Source: Diploschistes diacapsis (taxonomy: Eukaryota). Taken from it: 35,496 bases of DNA. The DNA is taken from positions 1-35,496 of the forward strand of contig JALAIB010000072.1 in NCBI GenBank assembly GCA_023645945.1, read 5' to 3'. This document shows positions 11,631 through 24,100 of this stretch, in pieces. A program made the position numbers and the translations under genes. Below the pieces are notes generated by a model. The model was given only the letters and a program-made list of their open reading frames with translations, did not search any database and was not told the DNA's origin. The number at the start of each line of letters is the position of its first letter. Position 1 is the first letter of the stretch.

Positions 11631-12998
11631 TCATTCTGGGCCCTCAAACGGAAGTCTGGCTGCTTCATTTTTGAAGGTCAACCAGCTCTTTGTCTCCAGC
11701 AGCTGCATGATTGCATAGTTCACGATGCACCGAAATCCCATATCCTCGCCTTTCCTTACCACCCAGCCGTTCATGTAGGCAATCTCGGTCACTTGGCTCT
11801 TTCGCACGTCTTGAAGCATTGAGCTCAGATTACGAGCAGTATCTTGCAAGACAGTAACAACCCTATTTTCCAGCCTTTCTGGGGAAAAGCGATTCTCGAT
11901 ATTAGGCTGCCCTTGAAGCTCCGGGAGATTTCGAATCACCAATGAGATCTCTGCGAGCAACAAGCGCATAGTACGTGTCGCATGCAGACCATCGAGCAGC
12001 TCTCCATTATAGCAACCCAAGATTGCCGTTAATGGATTCACCACAGCATTGATCGCTAGTTTCTCGAGCTGCAGTTGGAACAGTTCCTGGGGTGGATATG
12101 GGACCGCGGCAAGCGCAGGCGTTCTCGTCAATGTTCTTATCAGATAACGGGAAGACGGTGGCAGAAGCGTGACATCAGGGTCTACAGAGTACAGCTCCTC
12201 GAAGGGGACTCTGGGAAGCACACTAAGAGCAATCGTTCCTTGTCCAGCATGCTCCGCTTTGAATAGCGATTTCGAGTAGACGCCATGGGTCACAATACCG
12301 GATATATAGTTTGGACGACTCTCGCCATCTGAGAATACATGCTCGTTGACCTCCTCCAAGATACCCATTCCGTTCTGTAAAAACACTATTGTTGATTGCG
12401 GCGTGATACGATGGGCGATACTGGAAAGGGCTTTGGCGGTCATCGGGCCCTTGAGGGTGACGATCAAATTGTCAATTGGAGATTGCGCTTGTTTCTGCAT
12501 GCGGGCTTGAGGTGAGGCGTTCTCATGGTCGAACCCTGTTCGTCGGTCCGTTCGCCCAAACCTTTCGATTTCAATTGCTTCACCACTCTCTTCCCACGCC
12601 TCGGAAGTGCTTTTCCGGTGGAACAGTAAAGATACGGGCGGCCTGTTTGGGAGGCCAGCTAGATGATATGCAACTAGTTTGCCCAAGCTCCCAAGCCCGA
12701 GAATATGTATCCTGCGTGGAACTGCGGCCGGAGTGATAGACCTAGCATTTCTGATGCCGCTGTTTGTACCGAGTTGGTCCTTCGGAATAGATGCTTCTCC
12801 TTCCTGCTCGTTTGTTGACGAGGTACTGTAAGCGCATTGTTGCACTGCTATGCTTTGGAAAATAGGACGCGATACAGTGGACGACCTGAAATGAAGCTGC
12901 CTTGCTGAAACCCGCAGTAGCGGGAAACCGCTAATGGAGGAAGACACGATGGACTGTCGTCAGAGTACTGGCAAACGTCGAGTAGATAGGAGTGGCAT
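11631..12998 (-). CDS. 2-dehydropantoate 2-reductase (ApbA/PanE; Pan5/Cbs2-like) with mitochondrial-type presequence interrupted by an in-frame TGA
   Basis: IHILGLGSLG (Rossmann), FLQNGMG, EKLAINAVVNPLTA, SSMLQDV..TEIAYMNG. ATG at 12998 is in frame but codon 13 (12960-12962) is TGA; the frame is then open to 11631. Confidence 0.85.
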
Positions 12999-13289
12999 GA
13001 GAACGGAGGGGTGAGCGCGTCGAGACCACAACGTTGCTTTTTTAACAGTAGTTTTATGAAGTCGCTTCGGTACAAAGATTAGATTTAGCTGATGCCGTCA
13101 TCAAGTCGAGAAGTCTTGTATAATACAGTACTAAGATAATTTACGTGACAGAATACTTATTAGTGGATTCGAATTATTATCACCTCTAAGCAGTTACCAA
13201 TCTGAAGGATATCTGCTTTACTCTTAATATCAAAAGGATCTTCAAGTGAAACCAAACATTGAGCGGCATCTATAGCGACCATACCTAAC

Positions 13290-14206
13290 ATGGAAGTTCT
13301 GAATAATATCGCTGGTCTTGTTAACCAGCTTGATGATAACCTCGATGACCTCGAGGAATCACTAAATCCGTTACTAGAGTCGGCACCATCAGAAATTGCT
13401 TCGAAATTGCCATTACTCGATCGGGCTAAATTCTATATCCTAACCACGTATGCGATTGAGTCCGCCTTGTTTGGTTGGTCTATTATCCTCGAGTACTCAC
13501 AGAGCGCGGCTGCTGACTTCGATGTATAGCCTTTCTCAAACTCAAAGGTTCAGATGCCAAAGAACACCCTGTATTTAGAGAACTCGTAAGAGTGAAGCAG
13601 TATTTTGAAAAGATTAAGGTCGCAGAGGGCGGAGCTCAGCAGCCTAATCTTCGAGTAGATCAGGCTGCAGTGGGACGGATAGTCAACCATGCTTTGGTAG
13701 GGTACCATTTAGAACAATTCACGGCTTACACTTACCAAACTTAGGCTCGTAAACACCACAAGTTTACCTCCCAGGCTGAACCAATGGTGGAAGTTAAATC
13801 TTCTACTACTCAAAGCAATGAACGAGCGGCCCCAAGCAAGCGCAAGTTCAACGAGGTCGAAGCAGTAGAGCCTAATCTAGCGGACTCAAAGGACATCCAG
13901 ACCAATTCTCAAGAACAGCACTCGGACTCATCTAGTGCTTCATCTTCCGATTTAGAAGCAGCCGAAGTCCCTGTTAGCGAGTCCGCAAAGACTACAAAGA
14001 AGGAGCCCCTTGCGGAAAATAATGCGGTCGAAAGAGTTCAGGCCGTCGCAAGCAAATCAGAGAGCTCCAGAAAGAAGGGCAAGCGAGCCGCTAACAAGAC
14101 GAAGCAAGGATATCAGGGAGGTGACGCAAACAATGCAGGACTACTCCTTCACAAAAAAGAAAGAAGGAAACCGAGGAAACCGAAATTGCAAAGGAAGGGG
14201 ACTTGA
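13290..14206 (+). CDS. LRP1: Nuclear exosome cofactor C1D/Rrp47/Lrp1
   Basis: Introns 13474-13529 and 13697-13744; LPLLDRAKFYILTTYAIESALFAFLKLKG...HPVFRELVRVKQYFEKIK matches the Sas10/Utp3/C1D domain; Lys-rich tail. Confidence 0.88.
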
Positions 14207-14766
14207 AGAGAATTAGAAAGCTCTTTTTCCCATGTAAACGGACTGTGGATGCTACGATACCGCTTGCCGGCATGTAGGCGCAGGTGGTCAGGCTTGCAAA
14301 TAAATAGCTGGGCTTACCCTGTTACGCGATTGCTTGATTGAAAAAGCAACCAAAGCAGCAGGTATTTGTATAGCTCATGCTACCTGAGAGAACCTGGGAC
14401 TCGCAAGCTTTCGAGATTGAGAATGAAAGCTGTGGGTATCACCCACAGACCAGCCAAGTCTGCGCTTGAGCGTCATGAAGAAGACTGCCCTAGTGACGAA
14501 GATATGGTTTGCCTGATATAATATTGGAGTAGTATCATAAAAAAAGGGAAAGATATGACATAGTAAACATTACAGGGTGTATTGACTAAACTTTCGTAGC
14601 GGTAATTTTGAGTCCTACAATGCGCCAAGCTCTTCTTTCTTCTTTTCCTTCTTCTTCCTTCAAGCTCTCTCGCCCCAAACTAAACACCTTCACTACTCAC
14701 ACCCCAGCTTTACAATCCTACATCCCATTCATCAAAAAAGCCTTAAATCCCCCAAAACCCATCAAA

Positions 14767-15441
14767 ATGCCCCGTTCCCGCGGCGGTGCCAGCGGCCGCA
14801 GCGCCCCCGCTCGCCCAACCCTCGCTCCTCCTCGCCCAGCGCCACAGAAGCAGCAGCAGCGTCCCGCCAGCACCGCCGCCCACCCGCCCGCTCCGCCGCA
14901 GCAGCAGCAGCAGGCAGCGCAGAGCCAGAGCCCCGGGCTCTTCGGGCAGATGGCGTCGACGGCGGCCGGCGTCGCCGTGGGGTCCTCGATCGGTGCGTAC
15001 CTTTAGCCCCATCCCTCGCGGCTCGCTTTACTTGACGTTACGTTGCGTTACCGTTGCTATACATTGTGGAAAAAGATCAGTTGGGAACCAAGCTGATTGG
15101 TGTTTTCTGTTTTTTGTCTTTCGTCTAGGCCACGCCATCGGTGGCATGTTCGGCGGCTCCTCCTCATCCGCCCCCGCGGAGCAGCAGCAGCAGCCCGACG
15201 GCGCGCTCCAGGCGCAGCAGTCGGCCGAGTACCAGAGCAACCCGTACTTGCAGTCGTGCGACTCGCACGCCAAGGCGTTTACGAAGTGCTTGGATGAGAA
15301 CAAGGGGGAGTATCAGATGAGCGTTTGTGGGTGGTATTTGGATCAGTTGGTAAGACAATCTTCCGCCAAGGGGGTTGAGGGGGGTGAGGAGTGCTGATTG
15401 GATTGTAGAAAGCTTGCCAGGCTGCTGCTAAGCCGTACTAA
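14767..15441 (+). CDS. MIX17: Mitochondrial IMS twin-CX9C protein Mix17 (CHCHD2/10 family)
   Basis: Exons 14767-14992, 15129-15349, 15409-15441; PGLFGQMASTAAGVAVGSSIGHAIG signature; CDSHAKAFTKC and CGWYLDQLKAC CX9C motifs. Confidence 0.95.
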
Positions 15442-15686
15442 TTTGGACGCCGGTTGGAGAGCGGAGATGGAGGAGTGCGAGAGAACCTTTGAAGCCGAGC
15501 ATAGCGTTTCCGCGTATCGAGGCGGATTGTTTAAGATAGACTGTATTCGAATATAGGAAATCAAACATCTCCAATCCGTGAATACTACAGTTCAGCAGGT
15601 TATTTTCTAGTTTACAATCTTAATAGCCTCAACGCCTCTCTAGGTAATTTACATCAAGTCGCAGCAGGAGGTCAGGCGCTCCCGGC

Positions 15687-17160
15687 CTAATCCTCCTTGT
15701 CATCATCACTTCCTCTTCTCGGTTCAAAGTTCAGCTGGTTTCCATTGTACAGCTGCTGGTCATCCGTCGAACGAGCTTGGTCTCCCAATGTCCGCACGTT
15801 GATGGAGGATCTCGGCACCTCCGCTGTCCCGTCTCCGCTCGGGGAACGCCCTTGGGAAGGGGCGCTTTCACCTCCACCCAGTACGGAGCTTGCCAGGCTT
15901 CCAGCCAGCGAAAACCCGCCCTTAACGAGGCCGTAGCCATAAGAGAGACCTGACGATATGTAGCCTTGGTTTGCAGGTGCATAGGCCTCTGTGAAGGACT
16001 TTATCGGGACCATGACGAGGGTCGCGCTGGGAGCGAGCCCCAGCGACTGCAAACTTTCTTCCTCTTCAGAGACATTGATTCGCCGATTCGGCAAAGGAGC
16101 AAGAACGTGTGTAAATTCATATGGGACGTCTAGTTTGTCCATTTGGCCTTTTATCCATGGCCGTACGTCTTCGCGTAAAGATTGGTTGGAGGGGAATTTG
16201 GAAGCTATCGTGCTGCCGTCGAATGTTCTTATTTTCAACGCACATTCTTTAGTTAATCGAGACTTGGGCGGGACTATCGCCGTAGCCTGGCTTGTCGAGC
16301 TCTGATCCTCATTGCGAGTGGACTCGTTTGCCGCGGTTGCGGCTGCCTTACGTTCCCGCTCTCTTTGCTTTCGCTCTTGCTTGTCGTCCTCGATTTGCTT
16401 CAAGATACGATTACGTTCTGCCAAAGCCTCTTGTTTTCTCTTCTTCTGCTCCTGCAACCACGTTTCTCTCTGGATTTTGTTCGAAGCCCCCGTCGAAACG
16501 AACGGATCGACATTCTGCGCACTTCCGGTATCCGAACCCTGGCTGACTTCATCTGGGGTGAATCTCTGTTTACCTTTGTTGCTCGACGAAGCTTCGTTTC
16601 GCTCATGGTTTCGAGTTTCGTGTACAGACGGAGCATTTCCAGATTGCCCTACCCCGCCGGTGCTATCGTCCGTTGAAATACCGGCATTCGTTGTTGGGGT
16701 AAAGGTGCCTTGGTTGTCTTGAGACTTGCGAGGTTGCAGTACTCGTATTAGTCGCGCTTTCAGGTCTTCTAAGCTTGTACCGGCTTTAATATTCTCACTT
16801 AGCACGCCATTCCTTCAGTTGAATCAGTATAAGGTCGCTTCCTGTGCAGTAGATCCTCACCCTATTACCATTAGGCTAGGTGCGGTTTCAATCGGGCAGA
16901 ATGCGGAGAGGAAGCCGGCTTCCTGAGACCCATGCTGGATCTGTAGCAGTATTGCTCTCTCATTCAAACCCGATGTGACCTATAAACTGCGTCAGCGTCC
17001 GGTCTGTCTGATGGGTTCTTGAGCGCACATCCGGGTCGTGTAGCAGAAGGGATTCCCATTCAGAGCTTTCCGTGCTTTCCTCGCCAATGAAGCAGGCGAC
17101 AAGCTTCTGCTGACTAAGCGCTTTGGAGATTCCAGTCTGTAAATCACCTTCGAAGAACAT
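15687..17160 (-). CDS. UBX-domain protein (Ubx7/UBXN4-like Cdc48 cofactor)
   Basis: Introns 16980-17028 and 16813-16860; N-terminal MFFEGDLQTGISKAL thioredoxin-like region, coiled coil, UBX domain (LKIRTFDGSTI...LGLAPSATLV), C-terminal YNGNQLNFE. Confidence 0.88.
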
Positions 17161-17464
17161 GTTGTGAAACGACTTGTTTTGGATCGGGAGTGAGTGAGGC
17201 ACGCAGCTGCCCTATTGATCGAGGTTTAGTATGGCGGCGATAAGAGCTAAACATCGGACATAAGTTAGGGGCTGATACTATAGAGAACGCTCCGTCGCCC
17301 AAAGAGCTATTACTGGGTCTGTGATGTTACGATCTATCGTTCACAAAAGTAATTTGAATCGTTCTCTTATAGAAATCCTGGGTGGAACCGATGCTCGTAT
17401 TCTGTTTACTAGGTTAAGGACTCTGGGACTGCATAGCGTAGATAGCTCCTCGTTTCGTTCAAAA

Positions 17465-18198
17465 ATGCTTCTTACTCTCCATAAGCGCCACCAAACCTTC
17501 CCAGTTCGCGCGCCAATGAATCGCATCGCGATGCATGACAAAGGCCATACATACCGTTCGAACTGTAGACCGAGAGATTCCATGGCATGGGTCCGAAACG
17601 CAAAACACCCAAATATAATCCGTTAGGGAAAAAACTACCTGTCCTTTTATACTCGGAAGAACCACAATTTCGAGCCCGTGTACGACAGCGCTCACATCCA
17701 GGAGTATATCGTACAGAAGTGCGTGGACAAGGAGCATCGGCTGTTGACGGGAGACATGGACCCAGACTTGAAAGCATGGCAGATTAAGATCTTGGGTGAA
17801 GGCCTCCTGAATGCCTTCGGTCTCGAGTTCTTTGAAAGGTACGAGACGACTACAAACAAAGCCAGGGTTGGCTCGACCGTCAGGATCGCAAGATCAATGG
17901 AGGCATGAGAGCTCTCAATGAGCTAGTTAGGAACGGGAAAGGAGAGTACTTGAGTGGAGACGGGAAGACGTTTACAACTGCCGACATTGCTGCTGTATGT
18001 GCGGTGGCCCAAGACGATTTCTCTGGAGTAAGGCCTGAGAGGAAGAAACTGTATCTGGACTTGGCAGAGTGGTGGAGGGCGATGGATGCGAGGGAAAACT
18101 TTGCGAGCACGAGGCCAGCGATGTTTGACATCAAGACCGATAAAGTCGTACGAACGAGGAGAGATCCCGAGAGATTCGTGAATGCTTTGCTGCATTGA
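17465..18198 (+). pseudogene. Glutathione S-transferase pseudogene
   Basis: GST fragments in order but in alternating frames: ISATKPSQFAR, MNRIAMHDKG, PFEL*, EIPWHGSET, TPKYNPLGKKLPVL, EPVYDSAHIQEYIVQK, WLDRQDRKINGGMRAL, FTTADIAAVCAV, FASTRPAMFD. Breaks are too close together to be introns. Confidence 0.85.
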
Positions 18199-18512
18199 AC
18201 GGCACTTAGTAACAGCCCTTTCTATATTTATGGTATCAACTCGCAGAAAACTGGACAGCTTGGTAAACCACCTCTCAATAGTGATGATCTCCTGGAACAT
18301 GGATACTCTATATCCAAGTTCTAGAGACACGAAGACTGCTTCCAGTCTCTCGATAGTGGCAAAAATTACCAGATATCTTCCATCCGTACCGTTAGCCTTT
18401 TCACTCTTGGATGATTCTGGGTGCACCGTCTAAGTGAGTAGATCCAAGCGAGTAGATTTCACATTGTCAGGCAAGCAGCACGCTTTCCGTATCCAACATT
18501 TTATAGAATGCC

Positions 18513-20484
18513 TCACTCGCACTCTATCGTAGCTGGGGGCTTGCTGGTGACTGTACATATCAGTAATTTTGCTTTTACATGTTCCAGCGGTGACACCTAC
18601 TATCATACCCTACCCTCGTCACCCCTCGGACTTCATTGACGATGCGGTTGCTGACACGCTGCAAGAACGCAAACGAGAATTCAAATACCGTTGCTGTCAT
18701 AAAGTCCGTTGTCTGAACCGCTCGCAGCTGCACGACATTGCCATACACGCGCTTGTCGCCCATGACACCTACGGTAAACGTTTCGCCAAAAACAGCTGCG
18801 TATGCCTGGCCTTCACAGATGGCGTTAGCATGGGCATCTAGTTTTGTCGTAGAAGCTTACTGATTTCGGAGTATAGACCCGCCTTCCTAATCTCTTCTAT
18901 GAATATTGAATCCGCTTGCCGTGCAATCTTCAACTTCTCGGTATCGACCGGTCCGGTAATACGGATGGCGAGGCCAGGCCCTGCGTTTCCAGTTGGCAAA
19001 AAAGCTCCATAAGCATATAGAAAGTGTTAAACTAACCAGGGAAGGGGTGACGCATCACAAGATCTTCAGGAATACCCAGGCTACGTCCAAGGATGCGAAC
19101 TTCTGATTTGTAGAGCTCGCGAAGAGGTTCTATCACCTTCAGCTTCATATCTTTAGGGAGACCGCCGACGTTGTGATGCGACTTGATGGTCGCCGAAGGG
19201 CCTTTATATGAGATGCTCTCAATAACATCCGGATAAAGAGTCCCTTGGAGTAACCATTCGACAGGACCTGCAGCCGGCGTGTTTTCTGCTTTTTCCGCAA
19301 TCCGTTCGGCTGTCTCTTGAAACACTGCGATAAAGAGATGGCCGATGATTTTGCGCTTTTTTTCAGGGTCTGAAACACCCTTTAGTGCGTCGAGAAAGCG
19401 GTTCGACGAATCAACGACGGTAAGATTGACCCCAAGGTGTTCATTGAGAGTCTCTCTCACAATCTCAGCCTCGTTCAGTCGCAGGACACCGTTATCAACA
19501 AGCACAGCATGGAAGCGATCCCCAATGGCCTCATGCATTAACCTGGCTGCGACTGATGAGTCTACGCCGCCGGAGACCGCGCCAATAACCTGCCCAGTGG
19601 GACCGACAAGCGCCCGAATCCGTTCAATTTCTTGGTCCTTGAATTCTTGCATCGTCCAGTTCTGTTTCGACCCGCATATGTTGACCGCAAAGTTCTTTAC
19701 GATTGTCGGTCCCTGTGGCGTATGGGTAACCTCCGGATGAAACTGAACTGCGTAGAAGGGTTTGGAATTGTGTGCAATCCCTGCAAACGGTGCATTGGCC
19801 GATGCCGCGATGGTAGTGAATCCGGGCGGAAGTTGGGAGAGCTTATCACCATGGCTGGCCCACACCGTGATGATATCGCCTTCGACACCCTTGAAAAGGG
19901 GGTTCTTCACGTCATCTAGGGTAATGTGTATATCAGTAGAGCCGTATTCCCGCCTCTCGCCCGCAACAACGTTCTGGGCATCAAAGTGCCACGCAAGTTC
20001 TTGCATACCATAACAGATGCAGAGGATTGGGATGCCAAGGTCGTAGATGGCAGGGTCGGCATGCGGAGCATCCTTTTCGTACACTGAGTACGGCCCCCCT
20101 TATAGCTCGTAAGGTTGGATACCAAGAGCCAGACAAAGTGGAAACTGACCGGAAAGGATGATTCCCCTTGGCTTGAAGGTAAGGTCCACCACTTTCGTAG
20201 TACAAGGAAGTAGTTCGGCTAGAACATGAAGCTGTGGTTTCTCTGCTCAGTCCCGCTAGGTAAAGGGTCCTTTGGGAATTACCTCTCTAAGTGTTCGTAC
20301 GATAAGCTGGCTAGTCTGAGAGCCAAAATCGAGAACCAAAATTGTCTGAGCTCTTGAATTAGTAATCTATCGCTCGAAATCTGATGCTGTATCGCCTCTG
20401 ATAGCGATACTCGAAGTCGGAGCAACTTAAACTGACGTCGAAGATCTGATGAGGTGGCTTAATCTGTTCCACATCGGAAACCAT
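18513..20484 (-). CDS. GUA1: GMP synthase (glutamine-hydrolysing)
   Basis: Six predicted introns; [67 protein letters not shown]. Confidence 0.97.
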
Positions 20485-21167
20485 CTTTATTTCTCGGAAT
20501 ACTGTGTTGAGAGAGATGCTTCAACTGCGAGTTAAACCTAGAGGAAGAGATAGCCAACAGTGGTAGAGAAATAAAGCGTTGCGCAGCACAGACTTCAATC
20601 TGTTTAATTTCTGTTCTTTCCAGGAACAGCAAACGAAAGAAGCTGAGCAGCAATTAGTCTAAGCAAGTTGAAAAGTAATATGTTTTGATTACTACGTGAA
20701 GCATAAGGACTCAAATCAATAACAGTCCGGACTCCTCCAGTTCTCTTCAAGACTGACCAACCACCTTCCCCTGAATATGAAAGACCAAAAAGGAAAACTC
20801 TGTATTATGATTCTGCATAGTGGGGGGTGTAGTTATAGTTAAAGTTATACTGACCGGAACAATGACGATTAGATACATAATTATATTACAGATTCTTCCG
20901 AAGCCACAGTAACGGGATATCAACGGGAGAATAACCTGTTACCATCTCCTATCGGAGTTTTCATGTCTCAAGTGGGAATCCAGTGAGGGGACAATTGCAG
21001 CGAGCTGAGAAAAATCATATGGCTTCGACAAAATTCTTTGTCAAGCCCACGGAAAGTCCCCTAATAAGCAACGTATCATGTAAAGCCTACGCTGAAAATA
21101 CTTCAAAGGATGCGCGTATCTCAGGAAACCCACCCGGACACGCACCCTCCACGAACAAACCGCAGCC

Positions 21168-24100
21168 CTAGCATCCCGGCTGATTCGCAGCTCCTTGATT
21201 CCCGGCCTCTGCCCCCTCTTTCTCTCCCAATCCCTTCAAAAAATCCCCAATAGGCCTTCTCCAATTCCCTTCCTCGGTCAGCCACAGAACGGCGCGCTCC
21301 AGGTCTAGCGCATAGGCCCTCGACTCCTCGCGCGAGTAGTTGGCCACGTCCCAGCGCAGGGTCAGGAAGTACGTCGACGCGGCGGGGCCGACGAGGGCTG
21401 CGACGACCACGAGGCCCCCCGTGCACCGGATGGCGAGCTGCGCGACGCGCAGACGCTCGTAGTCGCCCAGTAGCCCAGGCACCCAGCTCATGAAGTGCGT
21501 ATGTTGGGCCTCGAGCACCATGCCGCCTGCGCCGGGATGCTTGGAGTTCAAGCCGTCGATGACGCGGAGGAGAGGCGCGTGGGAATGCTTCGTCAGCTCG
21601 AGTTGCTCGGCTTGCAGGCGCTGGAGCAGGGACAGGCCCGTCTCGGGGTGGGGAACTTCGATTAGGTTGCAGACCGTTTCCATCAAGGGGCCAGCAACGT
21701 CGGCGGCTTCGTAGCTCTCTGAGTGCAGAGCTTCGACGCTGGGTGGGATGAATGGAAATTTTATGCGGCCGGCCTCGAAGTTGCAGTAGAGGGCGTGGGT
21801 ATGATTCGTACGGCTTACGTCCACCACGGCTAGGGCGGCTTTGAGCACGACTGCAGCGATGATGTTGGGATGTGCTTTCTTGAGATGAAGGAGGCCTGGA
21901 GCGTCGAAGATGTGGTCAAAGCCGTCGGGGCTCTCCGTGATAGCTTTTCGGGGTAGATGTGCTGGAGGGTAGAGGGCTTTCCTATGCAGATGAAGCTGGC
22001 CTAGCCGTTTGACGTGATAGTCAACCGAAGCAGTAGCAATAGGTGAATATCGCAAGGCTTGGTATGAGTCCGCCCAAGCATTGAAGCTCACGTGTGGGCG
22101 GATTTCCTTCAGAGGATACGAAAGTGCCTGTTCCAAGTCTTCATAGAATATCCTCATGAGCGAAGCATCCTGGACCAAATGATTGACTACGGGAGTCGTC
22201 CGATCAGTACACACATCCCATGCATTTTAAGGATTACCTACTGTACGTGACCATAGCCGCAAGCCCTGTCTCCTCGATATGGACAAGAAGGGCGCGGAAC
22301 AACGGGCCTGGGGCCCTAGCATGTTTCTGATACGGGTACTGGACTGCAATTTTTTGAACATCCTCTGAAGTCTTGACTGTTCCATGGTCGAGGATGCACA
22401 TATCCCATAGCTTACCGCTCGGTTTGAGGGTCACATAATGAGGGTCACCTGTTTGGTCCAAAACATAGAATGACGGCCAAATTGGGATTCCGGTCAGAAC
22501 CTTCACAAGAGCAGCCCGCAATTTCTAGAGAGCAGCCGTTAAAAGAGCTGACACGAGGGCACTGCTCTGCTTACCTGCACACTTGGCTCCATCGTGGTGA
22601 CAGCGATGGCAAAGTTGCAACTCGGAGAAAGTCCACATTTCAACAACACTTTCATGAAATCATGAACTGGAACAATTGAGGCAACGTCACTGGTCCAGCT
22701 GAACCCCTGAATTTGGAGTGTGTCGGATATGATATTCCGCATCTTCTCGGCCTGCCGGAAGCCCCCAAACATGATGCTCATCTCGTGTAGAGATGGCGGT
22801 CCGGAGGGTTTCAATTCGCCATGTGCAATGCCATTCTCGCGAATGCTTTGTTTTTGAAGGAGAGGGACTTGAGAAGCGATTGTAGGATTGTCAACCATAT
22901 CCTGCACGGTCATTGTGTAACCGAGCTCCTTGCGCAGAAAGCTTCTTACCCTCATGAAAGAGACGCTGTCTGCGAAATCACTCACGGGCGCCTCAACGTC
23001 AATGTTTTCGACAGGGGTGCCACTAGATTTATAGTAGGCGCGTAATAAGATATCTTTCATCGACCCTTCTGTAGCACTCGCAGAATGACAGCTATCCCTG
23101 TGGTTTCTAAAACTGCGGACGAGCTCTACTAGTCGGGACTTTTGTACCTTTCCTGATACTGTCGTAGGAAACTCTGTCAACCCTAACTGCGCCAGAGTTA
23201 TCACCTCATCGGGCACGAAGGCAGCACCCATATGATCTAGGACAACCTTTTGAAACTCTCTAGCACTTTTTTGCGTAAGATCTCGCACAATGACCACGGG
23301 AACTTCTCCTGCAATTGCGTCCGGAGCACCAACTACTTGAACCTAGGGAGGATAAGCAATATGCTGGACAAAATTTGAGCCGGCTTCGTTCGAGACGTAC
23401 CTGCAAGCCGCTGAAATTGTTCACGACGGCCTCAATGGCTGCTGGAGCGATGTTCTCAGCTCCACGGATGATCATGTCTTTGTATCTTCCCGTGATAGAT
23501 ACGCGGCCGTCAGGATGCATCACGCCTTGGTCGCCCGTTACAAACCACAACCTGTCTTCTTCATCAGTATAGAATTGGCCTTCGCCATCAGCAGCACCAA
23601 GATAGGCTTTTACTAAGCCCGGCCCAGCTTGGTGAACTTCTCCTTGTTCTCCCCTTGGCACCACCGTTCGAGATTCCGGTTTACAGATCCGAACAAGAGC
23701 ACCTGGCGACGCAGATCCCACAATGGTAAGGGCACCTGCAACAAGCTCTTCGGGATCTTTCGTTGGAGATGTCCATATCGGACTACCCTCTGTCATTCCA
23801 AGTCCAGTAGAAACACCATAGCTTCGAAGCTCATAGACAGCTTGACGCATGTTATCTGGGGTAACTGAGCTTCCAGCGAGGCAAACATCGACCAATGACG
23901 AGTTGAGTGGTGCGCCTCGAGTTTTCAGAGTCTCGAGTAGCGCATAGAGCGCTGTTGGGACCAGAGCCGTGTGTGTCACTTTCTCACTCTCGAGACATTT
24001 CACCATTGCGTTGGCGTCGAAAGATGGACTAGGATATACCACAGCAGCGCCGTTCATCATGAAGTGCAAGGTGAAGAAATAACCCATGGCATGATTGTTT

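Noticed and set aside
14620..14766. In-frame upstream ATG adding a 49-aa presequence-like extension to MIX17
   Set aside because: The CT/CA-rich stretch looks like core promoter or 5' UTR that reads as S/F/L/P by chance; ATG 14767 has strong context and a family-typical MPR start. Not fully excluded.
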